64,000 nt of DNA from Trichinella spiralis. Its lineage: Eukaryota. Location: contig NW_003526944.1 in the NCBI RefSeq assembly GCF_000181795.1, positions 1,206,498 to 1,270,497 of the forward strand. The letters run 5' to 3'. The notes beneath the pieces were generated by a model. It searched no databases, had not been told where the DNA came from, and saw nothing but the letters and a program-made list of their open reading frames with translations. Made by a program: the position numbers and the translations under genes. This document shows, piece after piece, positions 19,449 to 32,440 of the stretch; position 1 is the first letter of the stretch; each line of letters begins with the position of its first letter.

Positions 19449-22129
19449 ATGAAATTGCGCTCCAGCCGAAAAATATCAAAATATAGTACTTCATGTTCTT
19501 ATGCCGAAGAAAAGAACAGTGATTTGTGTTCTGTTGCTTCTGATGATTCACTTCCAGCGTTGAGTCGAAAAAGTAATTTCTGAATAAACAATTGAAATTT
19601 GAAAAAAAAACTATGAACTTCATATTTTTTTGAAGATCCTGAACGGAAGTGCACTGTTGAAAGTAGTAGTGATGAAGAAATTGGAAACAATGCATGTGAA
19701 CTATCGTCTTTGAATGTTAAAATGCGATCTGCTTCGTTTAGCAAAAGAAACTTGACAATCGGAAAGGACATTAGTTTTTCAGGTATTTTAATTATTAGTT
19801 CATATAAAAGATTAATTAATTGCAGTATTGATTGATCAACAGCCCGTTGCTACGAGTTCAAAAGTGAATCATCGTGGAGTGATTTTGAAAGTGACTCAGA
19901 TTTTGTAAAGAAGACAACTTTGAAGAAGGAAGTTGATGATAAATTTCCCTCGTGTAGACGCAGCACACGAATTCGAGCTGGTCATTCGGGTTTGGAAAAG
20001 TGCCCAACCTCACATCATGCAAACAGTTCTCAGGTTAATGGGAAGGTGAAAAATTGTAAAAAACTTCGAACCCGGAAACAAATTGGTGAGAAAAAGGAAT
20101 TTTCTGTTGTTTTTAATTTTCAGATTATAATTTGGCTTTTCAAATATTATTTTCCTTGTGACAGAAGAAGAAGAAGAAGATGATGATTATGTTGAAGATG
20201 AAGTCCATGATGATGATGATAGTGTTGATCGCGCAGATTCAGCTGCCGCCAGTTCTTGTAGAACATCTCCGTTGAAGATTAAAATGATGCAGTTGAGAAG
20301 AAAAAATGGTAGAAAAAATGCACCTAGAGCTTCACTGAACAGACGTTCAACTGCACAGTATTGCTCTATTAGTGATAGTGATTTGGAAAGTTTGGAAAGC
20401 GAATCTGATTTTGCGTGTAAAACGAAGCGAGTGCGAAAGCTTAATGAAAAAGATAACAAGTATAATAAAAAATCCCAAACGGAAGAAGGTATGAATATTT
20501 TTTTTATTGTTTTGAATTTATTTAGTAAAAGTTTGTTTTGGTTTTAATTTAGATTACACGCCTTCCAATTCTCGTTTGAAAAAAGGTTTTCAAGGTTGTT
20601 TTCATAGCGCGTTTGACGAGCTCAAAGCTCGCCTTCATACATCTGCTGTGCCTGCTAACCTTCCTTGCCGGGAAAAGCAGTGCTTGGAGATTGAAAATTT
20701 TGTCAAATGTTGTTTGAAGAGTGGCAATAATGGGTAGGGATTAATTTGATTGATGTTGATGAAAATTTACATTTTATTTCATTTCTTTATCTGTATCTTT
20801 GCCAGTTGTTTGTACATTAGCGGAGTGCCGGGAACTGGAAAGACGGTCGCGGTTCGTCAAGCGATACGCGCTTTGCAAAACGACAACAAACTGCCGGCAT
20901 TTGTTTATTGTGAAATCAACGGTATGCAGCTAGCGGATCCAAAAAATATTTATTTCAAGATGGCTGGTTCGGTGTTCGGTTCGTCTTGGAAATCGAAATC
21001 CGCTGATAAAACGCAGAAAATGTTGAATAATTTTTTCAACGATTCCAACCCTGACAAGCCGCATCTTATTGCTCTACTCGACGAGGTGGACTATATGATT
21101 GCTGGAAAGCAGCGCACGTTGTACCAAGTGTTCGACTGGAGCACGTTGGAAAATTCCAAGTTGGTCTTGTTGACTGTAGCTAATACGCTTGATTTTCCCG
21201 AACGAATTTTGTGCAAAAGAATCACAAGTCGTTTGGTAAGCAGTAGTATTGTAAATGTTATACTTTCGCGTCTGCATCTTTGAGTTTGCATTAATTTTAC
21301 TTTTATCTCTTGCCTACATGACGACAAATGAAAGATTGTAATTTACAGTACCCTAAAATAGTAGTCAAGTTTGAAATATCAAATTACTGAATGTAAATTG
21401 TTTATTTACAAATGAGATTTTTTGGTTTTTGATAAAGTCAATTGTAGGGTTTGACGAGACTTTGCTTTCCATCGTACAGTCATGCAGAAATTCAAAAAAT
21501 TATCGAAGTTCGTCTGTCCGGCTGCAGTGCAGTCAGTGCGGATGCAGTTCAGCTGGTGTCTCGTAAAGTAGCTTCGGTATCTGGCGACATTCGAAGAGCT
21601 TTGGAAATTTGTCGCTTAGCTGCTGATATCGCCTCTTCAGAATGTGAAAATGAAAAAGCTGAAGTGAAGCGTAACGTCAGCGGTCAGAAACGCAAACAAC
21701 AACAAGAACAAAAACAGCAGCTCACGTTGGAACACATCGGTCTGGCGTTGAAGGAGATGGCCAGCAATTTGAAATTCGCCTTCATCAAGTATTCAATTTT
21801 GTGTTCTTGTTGTTCATTTCAACATGTCTAGGATTTTTTTATATTTAAGAAATACATCTCTGCATCAACAGTTGGTGCTTCGGGCTTTGGTTTGCCTGTA
21901 CAATCAAACTGCTTGCGATGAGGTGTCTTTCAGAATGATCAACATACAGTATAAGAAAATATGCCACGACGAGGACAAAGAACCGCTCGGTGTCAGAGAG
22001 CTTGATCGAATTCTGCACATTTTCGTCTCAGTTGGCATTCTGGTTCTCGGTAAGCAACAGTTGGGTTATTTGGATTCTTATTTCCGTTTTGCAATGAACG
22101 CTGAGGACATCAGCGCATCTTTACAATAA
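19449..22129 (+). CDS. orc-1: Origin recognition complex subunit 1 (AAA+ ATPase + winged helix), multi-exon
   Basis: LHTSAVPANLPCRE, Walker A CLYISGVPGTGKT, EINGMQL, Walker B LLDEVD, VANTLDFPER, and LVSRKVASVSGDIRRALEICR. These are ORC1-type rather than CDC6-type signatures. The ATG at 19449 is preceded by an in-frame TGA at 19434 and an AG acceptor at 19426. Confidence 0.9.
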
Positions 22130-22422
22130 TATTTTACGGCTAATTTTACGACGTTTTCTGTTTCGTAAGTTACGTTGAAAATTATTTTCATATTTAATTC
22201 CATTATTGGAAATATGTTTTTTTCATCATCATCACGTGGAAAGCATATTTTCACTGCTTACGGTAGGTGGTGTACTCAGCAATATTGACGATGATATTTC
22301 TCTTTTCTATTTGACTGTCAATTGTAAACTGACAAATATATATATATATATGGTCATAGTTCATCACAATTTTTATTTTTGAAAAACACTGATTCGAAAA
22401 AACCTTGCGTATAAGAAGAGTT

Positions 22423-25400
22423 TTATGAAATACTAGTTGTAATGAAAGTTCCATCACAATATGGACAGACAGTATCACCGAATAGTTCGATCATTGCTGA
22501 AGAGAAGGGGAATGTAAAATTATCATATATGCTTCAAAGTGAACAATTAAAAAAAATACCTGGTGATTTTATAGCAGTAGATGCAATGGCACCGCAACGA
22601 ATACAATGAAGACAAGCACTTGTCGGAAGACATTGAAAAGTGATATTGCAGAAATCTGAAACAGTGACACATCCACTGAACATGGTATGTTTGGGATAGA
22701 TGAAACAAACCTACTTATCAAATGCCCATCCTCGCATACACGTCCTATACGAGGTATCCATGTTTTGTCTTAAAAAAACATATAAATTTATCCTTTATCC
22801 ATAATAGTTAATATTAATTTTTATCCGGCATTTTCAAACAATAAGTAGTAGTAGTAGTAGTAGTAGTAGTCGTGTTTTAAAGAAAAATATCTTACAATTT
22901 TTGTTGCAAATCTCGCAGAAACTGGTACTGAAAGCACTTTTGGCTAGTCGTCTCACTTTGCGTCGTCGTCTGGTGGGCAATTTCCTCTTTTTCGGCTTTT
23001 TTTCGTAAACTTTCAAAAACTCTTTTACCTGTACCGCCATGTCCATTATTTCGGGATTTTCGCTTGGCAACAGCAGCTTCAGCTTTCTGTACAATTGAAT
23101 AGCATAGCAGAGTGTCAAAATAAAATCGATCTTTTTAATCACATTTTCCTGAAGATGAAACGGCATATTTATGTAAATATTTAAATTTGATCGAAACAAT
23201 TATCATTTACCCAACATTTCACGTACTGCATCGATATTATCTTTCTTTGTGTCATCACAACGCAGCAGAAGCTGAAATATTTTTGAATCAAATAAAACAC
23301 AAAAAGCCAGCAATCATATAATATCCTTGACAACGAATCGATTGAAACAATAATGTTGTTTTCTTATGCAAATGAAATTTATCATTATTGTTCACATCAG
23401 TGAACTGTTCTCCGTACTGATAAGAGAAACGAGTTATTTATTATCACCCCGAGGCAGAGCAGCAGTGCAATCAAGCAGTTATCAAGCGGACTGGCCTCAG
23501 TTGAGCTACATGTCGTGGCTTCTGTTCAGCAGACAGCAACGTTCAATGTTGAAAGCGAACGAAGATTTGATCTCACCTAATCTCTCTCTACCTGCTATTT
23601 TGTCAACTGCATGCAACTCTTCAATAGATGTAGAACCGAGAAGATCAATTCCAACCAATATCAATAATTTATGTGTAAGTAAATTATAATTTCAATTACT
23701 TCTTCTACTCGTTAAAAAAAATTTTTTTTAATTAAGTTGAATAACAATAAAAAAAATTTCTGTCCATATACAAAAATAATCTTACCGTAGTATTTTCAAA
23801 GAATGGGACCATTGAATTTTCATTTCATTCATCCGTTTTATCATCCATTTCCAAACAGTGCCTGGTATTTTCTTGCACAAAAGTAACTGTCGCATTACAA
23901 TCAGTAAATCGGTACTATCGCGCAGGTTAGCTAAAAATTGAATCATTCTGCTAAGAAGCACTATAAACAACAACAACAAGTGAATTTCTTACGCGAATTC
24001 AATAATTTCTGCAAACAATCTCGTGGACTGATCTCTTTCAAAATTCCAATATACAATTTAGGCGACAAAAGAGACGATTTGTAAGCTATTCTTTTTCTCA
24101 AATTTTCATTTCACACAAATTGAATCAAAATTAATGATAATAATTATTATTTCTAAAAAATTCTCCCTTCTTACTTGGAGTTGTATGCCAAAAGAACTTC
24201 GTTTTTAGAAGCTGCCATTCCAAAATTGCGTTCCGTTAACTTCACCACTTCAGCAACTGAAAAATTCATTATCATTTCATTTCATCATTTCACTTTTCAA
24301 ATGTGCAACTTACCACTATTATCGGTTATTATTTTACCTTCAGAAAGCCTAATTTTCAACACTGAACAATGCGTATACGCATACAAAGATTCTCCTGCCA
24401 ATGTAATCTCTACAAAAAAGATAATCAAACAAAGTATAAAAATTGAGTTGAATAATAATTGAAAAAAAATTAAACGAATTAATAAACATCCTCAAGTTAT
24501 TGGTTACGCTTATGTGAAGTGATCATTGCCTTGGATTAAATCTGCATCGACGTGAAAAACCCGAGATGAATGGCACACTTCAAAATTTCGATTAGGATCC
24601 AAATGCAAACAGCTTACACTATCCGTATGGCTAACGTAAAGAGCAAACACTTCGAACTGAAATGAGATTATTTCAGAAAATGACAACAACTTCTTCATGA
24701 CAACTTGCTTTGGAAATAAAGCAGGCAACAATGTTCAAAACCAACGAAGTACCAAAGTCATGTTGAACTTGTCGAGGTCGTCTCATTTGAAAAGATTTAT
24801 ATGCTTTTACCATCGAGTACATCAACTGATCATCAGAATTTACAAAAAATAACATTCCTACAAAAAACACACCATGTTTAATAATTTATAATTTCTACAT
24901 TTTTTCAAATAATTAAAAAAACATTTTTTACCGCTGTTTTCGTCTCGATTTACCCAAAAACGTCCCAATATTGTTTTATCATCTGATAACACTTTTACTT
25001 TTAAAATGCGAAAGTCAACACTCCTATGAAACAAATAAATATCAGATTATAATAATTGCTTATTAGCATTTTATGGACAAATGTGAAAAAAATGTGAATA
25101 TATAAAGAATAAAGTGAGTTATTTTAATTACTTCTTACTATGAAACCGTTGTCTCCAAAATATAATATGGCCACTACGCTGAACAGAAAAAACAATTCGG
25201 AAATTCCGATATTTGAGAGTAGTCCAATGCCAAGCTAAAATAGAGGAATGAATAAATCAATGTAGCGTTTGCCAGCAAACTTACTGGAAACCGCTAGTAG
25301 TTTGGAAACGTTGTACATGTTCAATGATTCATTAACAAAAATATCAATTGTTGGAATTCTCTCTTGTTTCATACTGTCCAAATAAGTTTCATGAAACATA

Positions 25401-26241
25401 ATTTTATTTGTTAAATAATATTTCAGAAGCTTCGGTGTATGAAGAAAAATGCCATATTCAGTCAACCCCGTGTACGGGTCAAAAATCACGATCTGTCCAT
25501 CTAATGACAATACTGCTATCAATTTTCTGAAACAGAACAGAAAGGTATAATTTCAAATATTTAGATATTAAAAAAACAGATTTAAAATAAGGCAAAAACT
25601 TAATATTTTACTATGTTAAGAATGACAAAAATGAAAGTTATATACTGAAAATTAGGACCGCAGTTATCTGGAAATACGGCAGATATGATAAAAGAATTCC
25701 AACACGATGTTGCAGGATCATATAGAGATTCTTTTCTCATAACTAAAAACACTTTACATAGAATACTTTACAGGAAAGATTTAAAAGTTGAACAAACAAA
25801 ATTAAGTTACAAAAACGTGTTTCATCATCATCAGTTGACGTCATATACTCATGCCAGTCAGCTCCAATTAGTGAAATTTTATCAACGCGTGACCGTAGTG
25901 ATCTGTAAGGTAATTTTTCAAAGCTGAAATTCCTTTCAAAGTGCGGGCACTTCATATCTGAGCATTGTAGGCCATAAGGATCCAAAATCTGAATGCAGCA
26001 GGGTTACAGTTTAAAAAACGGATAAAATAGAAATAATATTTCAACAGTATACCATTAAAACCACATTCGATTTAAAGGAAATTAACAGCTCCTTATCGCT
26101 AAGCCACGAAGCACAATTCTGAATGTACTGATAATGGCCCAAGAACTCTGATTTGTCCAGAAGTTTGTAAGCAGATGATTCATTACTACAAATATATAAA
26201 TTATAATAATTAACAGCAAATCTGAGAAAAACATACCTCAT
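22423..26241 (-). CDS. Probable TFIIIC 90-kDa subunit (GTF3C4)-like: divergent beta-propeller plus C-terminal zinc finger; multi-exon
   Basis: The N-terminal ..IQNCASWLSDKELLISFKSNVVLM resembles the TFIIIC-delta WSxD-like start, and IAVLSLDGQIVIFD is a propeller strand. The spliced C-terminus FCEICNKN..RVCEDGHLIS..FCNITFQCL..CLHCIRCG..VCPYCDGTF..* (stop 22423-22425) fits the zf-TFIIIC pattern CxxC..CxxGH..C..CxxC..CPYC. Internal exon boundaries are uncertain. Confidence 0.65.
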
Positions 26242-29200
26242 GCTTAGAAATCAAGGAGTTTCCAGTTAAAAAAATCTTGCTTCGTTACTGCAATTTCCTT
26301 TGTTGCACTATCACACGAATTCAATGAAACAACGTTTACAAATATAGGTTATTGTGCCTATCAAATATATATATATATATATATATAAACAGTGTAATAT
26401 TTATTTAGTTATTTGATTGATTTTTATGAGAGAAATTTATCGAAAGTTTAACATTCTTTTTATTAAATTATTTTGTGTTCATACTGTAACATAATCACAG
26501 GCAGGTGTAATTATTACAGTAATATTATTTTAATTTTTAGTTTTATTTTATAAAATTGTAAAAGCATTATTATTATTATTGATGTTGTTACTGTTTTAAT
26601 TTAAAAATGAAATTCAATTATTTTAATTATATCATCTATTTTACTGTTTTATTATAGAAGTGCGCGTTTTGATTCATGCAAATATATTTCTGAAGTTATC
26701 AATAAATATATGGTCGTTTTGTTGTTTTGTTCACACTGAGAGTTTCTTGTTACTCTCAAAAATTTCAGTGTCACAAGTTGTCCACAAGAAAGCAAATTCA
26801 TCCATTTGTAAACTATTTTTTGTCCTTTGACTTATTAATTCATCATACATTTAATATTTTGTTTATTTCAGTATTGATATTTATCAATAGTATCAACTTC
26901 TATCAATAATAATGAAGTAATAAATGGTATGTAATCAACTTTTCTAAAATAGTTTATTGATTTATATTTTGCAGATTATTACAGTGATGCATGTACATAT
27001 GACAGCTAAATTCTAGGTATAATTGCGTTTGTAATTTCGATGTTCCTAACTTTAGGTTACTTTTTCCGAACATAAAATTGCAAATTTATATATTTTGTTG
27101 TAATTTATACTTAATTTTTTATTAAAACACGGTGAAATTAGGTATTAGAGGGTAAATCAAATAATGTCGAAATGGTCCCACTATATGTGGGCATTATGAT
27201 ATTTTTACTTGTTTCAATTCAGAAGGGGTTTCCAAATTATCTGAATTACATTTTATGCAAATTTGAATAGGTGTGTGATGCATTTTTTAAAATTAATCGC
27301 ATCATTTGAAGTTCATTTTAATTTGTGAAAATTTTACCTGTGTATGAATACTTTTTGTGTGAGTATTAAAATTTTTTTAATGAATATGTAATTAAATATA
27401 AGTTCTATTCAAAAAATTATGATTGCTCGTCAGCTATGAAAGTAAACCGGTGAAGCAAGGAGATCAGTAATTATGGAAATGACATTCAGAAATGTTTACA
27501 TTATTAAAAAAATTAGCGAGCAGTTTTTTGAATTCATTTTTGCCTTTTAAATATTTTGCTTCATTTACTACTGATTAGTAAACTAAACAAAATTATGTAA
27601 ATATATTTATGTCTGCTTATTTATTTAATTTGATTTTATTTGATTTGATTTGATATCTGTCGGAAAAATCTCATTAACATTTTAAATCACACAAATCAGG
27701 TGAAAATAATAACGCATACTGAATGTAAACAAAAATTGCATTCAATGTAGTTGCGATGTTTGTATTAGATCGAAGCAAGCAAATATTTGTAGATATTTCT
27801 AATTAGCTGAATTTTCAATTGCATTTCATATATTATTATTCTGCTGATAAATGCAATCTCAGGTGTTTTAGCAACACAATTCATTACAGCAGACAATAAT
27901 TTGCTTTAATAATGTAAGCCAGTTTGGCGTGAAAGGTTAAAATAAAAATCTATAAGCGCAGAAAATTACATGCTTTGCAAATAATTACCAACGGTGGAAA
28001 CTTATTTTTTAAATATTTGCACAGTGTTTTGTACGTATAATTCTTCTAAAATAAGCTGCTTTTATTAAATTTAATCGTATTGTGTGCATTATTATTTACT
28101 GTATAATCATGAATTATAATTTTAATAAAGTACATCCATACAGAATTTTGTTGTAATTGCGATTAAAGGGTGTTTTTATTGATCTGCTATAATTTTATAA
28201 AGTAATTTTACTGATGGATTATTAATTAATTTTTTTAATGGAAAATTTTGACGTTACATCAGTAATGCATATTTTTAAAGTTGGTGGCGGTTGCATTGCA
28301 TTATTGAATTTATTCGAATTTACATTACAAACAGTATTAAAAATTCTGAGCAGTAAATTCTAATAAGTGTCTCCATGTGGGCATATACGCATTGAACAGC
28401 TATTAAAAAATTAACAAATGAAATTGTTGAAATGGAAGCAGTAAGTGGAATAATTATTTCATTACATCAATAAGAATACTATCAATATTAGATAAACTGA
28501 TATTTTGTTCATGTCTAGAAAATTTGAAATTATTTATTAATGAACTGACTACTGTAAAGGCATATTAGAAAAGCTATGAAATAAAAAATATGCTCTATTT
28601 AATGTAAAGCTGCTTATTGCTAAATTAGTATCTATACGCTTTCATAGTTTGTATTAGGTAGGATACAATGGATATGTGATTTTGCGCATGACCTTAATTT
28701 AATTTAATATTAAATGAGTATTGGAATTTTTCTATAGCAGTTGCGCAATGCTAGTAGACTGAGATGAAAGCAAGAGATTTTTATTTGTTTATTTTTCTAA
28801 GACTAAAATTTCCAAGAGCGTCGATTTATAAAATGTTCGATTATTATTATAATATTTGACTGAGTTTCATTTCCTTTTTTCTGTTTCTAATTAAATGTCT
28901 TTAACGAAATGCAGTTGTAAAAGTTTACACCATTATAATTAATTGCTGGAGCAATAAGAAAAATAATAAGTACAGTAAACTTCTTGTTAATAGTAATTAA
29001 TTGCAATATAATAAATATTATGAATAATGATATATTTTTTTTCTGATTTTAATTTTGAAAAGGATGAAATAATTTTTTGTTGTAATTATGAAAATGGTGT
29101 ACTTATTGTGAAATCTGATAACAAAAATAGCAACAGCAATTTAGCAAAATGCTTGTCAGAAGAGTTCTGGTTGTTCATGCTAAAGCGCCATCTATGCGTA

Positions 29201-30179
29201 GTTCACAACTCATTTTACAAATATTGCTGTCTAGCAAAGCTAAATCCAGAAGGTGCATGGTGAGAAGATGAATGCTGAAGTAGAAGTAAGTTTTGCTTTC
29301 TAATTTATCGAATATTGCATTATTAGTAAGGAGGCCTAAACTGACCGATATAATTAGAACGTTAAATTGTCATGTAAATTGATAAATTGAAGCAGTATAC
29401 CATAAAAATTAAAAATTGGTTCATCGCATTATGACATCTTTCACGGATGCATTATCAATAACTAAAATTCAAAATATAGTTGAAAATCTTAAAAACACTG
29501 CCTCTCTTGAAGTACAGAATATGCTTTCAGCTTTTCATTTTTTAGAATGTTAGCAGTCGTACGCTAATGTTATAATTAGTAAACTGCTTTTAAATAAACA
29601 TTTAAAAATTCATTGTGCTTAGTAAAAAAGCAAAATAATGATGTAAGACTTTGCTCCTTTTACGTTTTGAATTATTTATTAGTTAAAAAACTTTTCAGTA
29701 ATTGAAAATTGATGAAATAAATTTCCCAGATGATGTCTTTACTCTTTATTGCTTTAATCATGTTAAACATAGATTACTAGTCAAAATAAAAATAAAGTAA
29801 TGATTTTAAGACAACCTTTATTAATAAAAAACAAATGTTATATGTGTTTAAATTTTTTATCAGAATTCTTACTTGATGGAAGTTGGTGGAAAGAAGTGTA
29901 TAAAAAACCAACAATTTTTTATTTTTACAGATAAATTAATCAAAGATAACACAGTAATTAATCACGATGAAGATATTCATCATCGATGAGGACAGCTCTA
30001 AAAGTTTGTTGTGCTAGTAATTGCTTTTGAATAAGTTGGGATATGAAATATACGAATTTTGATTTTGATTCTTGGAGTGTCTTGAAAATATATTTCCAAA
30101 TGTAATTGTTTATTAGATTTGCTTTTTGATAGCGAAGACTTGAAGTACAGTGCAAAGAGAAAGACATTGAAATGCAGCA

Positions 30180-31217
30180 ATGATAGCGAATGATTTGGAA
30201 CAAGTGCAGAATAATTCCATCGCAGAGAATACTGTAAAGAGAAACGACACTCTGCAACTGATAAGCCTTTCTGTTGGAATTTATCACATAGTGGAAGATC
30301 TGAATTATGCATGCATTCCTTTGGGGATAGTCATATTTTTGATGCAAGGATTTGCTTCAGTTGCAATCATTTTTAACAGCAAACTGCGAAGGAAACGAAC
30401 TTTTTTGCTAATTTGCATGTTATGCATCAGTTGGACAATCGTAGCTGCAGGTGAAATTTGTTCAGCTGTGGGAACTCTTGTTCGATATTCTTTGTTCAAC
30501 AATTGCGTTATTACACAGTACAGCTGCTTTATTGAACAAACATCGCTTGCAGCAGGCCTTTTACTTGTAATTGATACAAATCTGTTGACAGCCGTGGATC
30601 GTTGTCTTGCCATAATTACTCCACACTGGTATAGAAAACAGTACAAATTATGGATGGTGTATATGGTCATTTTTTTCGCTATTTTGCACGTCTTTATTTC
30701 ACGTCTTCAACGTTTTTTCAATGTAAGTGACATATTATTGCCATTCTGCACACCTTTGATGGATAGCAGTGAAGGCATTGTTAAAGAGCAACAAATTGTA
30801 TGCAACACTCTCCTCATTATAACCATCCTTCTCTATTTTCTCACGATAATTTTGGTGAAGGTAAAATTAAAAAGTGTGAAACAGGATAGAATTCTCTGCT
30901 GCAGAGCTAAGGAACAGCTCAAATCAAAGCTTTTGAATACACTGGCATTGAATACAGCTTCATACGCAACCACTCTCCTGTTTGGTTACATTTTGACTAC
31001 AATTGCTGCTTCTGAGAAAAATATTTTTGAGAGCTTGAAAATTGCCCGATATGCATTAATTACTTTTTTGAACGGAATTGTTACTTTTTTAATTTTCTAT
31101 TTCAGAATCAGGGAATTTCGGTTCGCCATGATTCAGATGCTTCAAAAAATACCAGTGCTGAAAAATCTGAAACTTGTTCGCATAGTTCCGTCCGAATTCT
31201 CCACAGCAGTCAGTTGA
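30180..31217 (+). CDS. 7TM GPCR, rhodopsin-like / nematode Srsx-type chemoreceptor; single coding exon
   Basis: 345-aa ORF with seven hydrophobic segments, NSKLRRKRTFLLI after TM1, AVDRCLAIITPHWY (DRY-like) after TM3, and TM7 followed by FYFRIREFRFAM. Confidence 0.85.
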   Translation: MIANDLEQVQNNSIAENTVKRNDTLQLISLSVGIYHIVEDLNYACIPLGIVIFLMQGFASVAIIFNSKLRRKRTFLLICMLCISWTIVAAGEICSAVGTLVRYSLFNNCVITQYSCFIEQTSLAAGLLLVIDTNLLTAVDRCLAIITPHWYRKQYKLWMVYMVIFFAILHVFISRLQRFFNVSDILLPFCTPLMDSSEGIVKEQQIVCNTLLIITILLYFLTIILVKVKLKSVKQDRILCCRAKEQLKSKLLNTLALNTASYATTLLFGYILTTIAASEKNIFESLKIARYALITFLNGIVTFLIFYFRIREFRFAMIQMLQKIPVLKNLKLVRIVPSEFSTAVS

Positions 31218-32440
31218 TTTTACTTCACTTGAACGAATTTATTAGTGTATCAACTCATCTCACAGATGAAGTTTTCATTTTTCTCATATTTATTAGTTGC
31301 AGTTTTTTACATGTGAACTTTACTGCATTTGATAATTTTTCTTATTTTACCTAAATTCTCAAATTAATAAAGACGAACCCCTTATATTATTGTTCAACAA
31401 CAGAAATTATCGATTGCATTTTTAGTGACTGAAGATTTTTAGTCAGTTTGTTATAAGTATACCGTTGAAATATTGTTAAATTTGAATAATTTTCATATTC
31501 CATTTTTAGCCGGTTTGATACACACGGGAGGGCAATCAATACTCATTAACAACAGGTAAGCTGTAGCTGGAGTCATCAATTGTTTGAAATATTTGCATGC
31601 AAATCAGTTAATTGAATCTCTCGAATCTGTTACTGCTTCATAGCAATAAATCATAAGCTGGCTTTTGTTAAATGATCAAATCACCTGTTTCCATTCGCTG
31701 AGTTTGAACTAAATCTGGTGCTTATTCATAATTGACCATATGGCTAGTAATGAAAGTCGCAGCAGTCAGTTAACAACTGAACACGCACTGATGAATTTCA
31801 ATGTCTATAATAATTACCTCACTGATGCTATATATTTATGCACGCTTTTACAAAAGCACAGGCATACACTATATGCATATATGACACTATATGTTCAATA
31901 TGCATAACTACAAGATGTAAATAAATGCCAAGTTATATAGAATTGGAACTTGTTGCAATAGTTGGCGAGCAGTTGACAATAGCAATAATAAAACTAAAAG
32001 TTTGCGCTAACAATGAAGAATTTATCTGTCTGGCATTAAAATTTGGAAAACATTTTCAAAGACAACAGCAGTTTGATTTTTTACTACAGAAAACTCATAA
32101 AAATTATCATATAATTATATTTTTGAAATATTAACTATTTTATGTTAATTTCTATTTGTTACATTACCATTTTATTACTTTAAGTTTGATTTTAATTACA
32201 AAAATAATCCCTGAAAATCACAAGTTACCTTACTGTATACTGGAGTAGAATGTTTTGTTTGCGCATTTTAAATTTCCAATAAAGCAAATTTTCTAGCATT
32301 TAATTCATTCAATTATAAAAAGTATGATTTAAATAAATGATTGATTTATTTGTATCGTTGTTCATCTCCTTGTTTTTATGAAATTGATTAGATATTTTCT
32401 TCATTGCTATAGATAGTTCTGGTTTGAGGTTTCAGAAATA

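Noticed and set aside
23321..23328. Second ATATCCTT motif
   Set aside because: It lies on the strand opposite the host gene, with no matching exon, branch site or AC acceptor.
24410..24710. Possible additional GC donors in the TFIIIC90-like gene (CAAG|GCAATG, AAA|GCAAGT on the minus strand)
   Set aside because: Alternative GT donors exist and the protein is too divergent to fix the junctions by eye.
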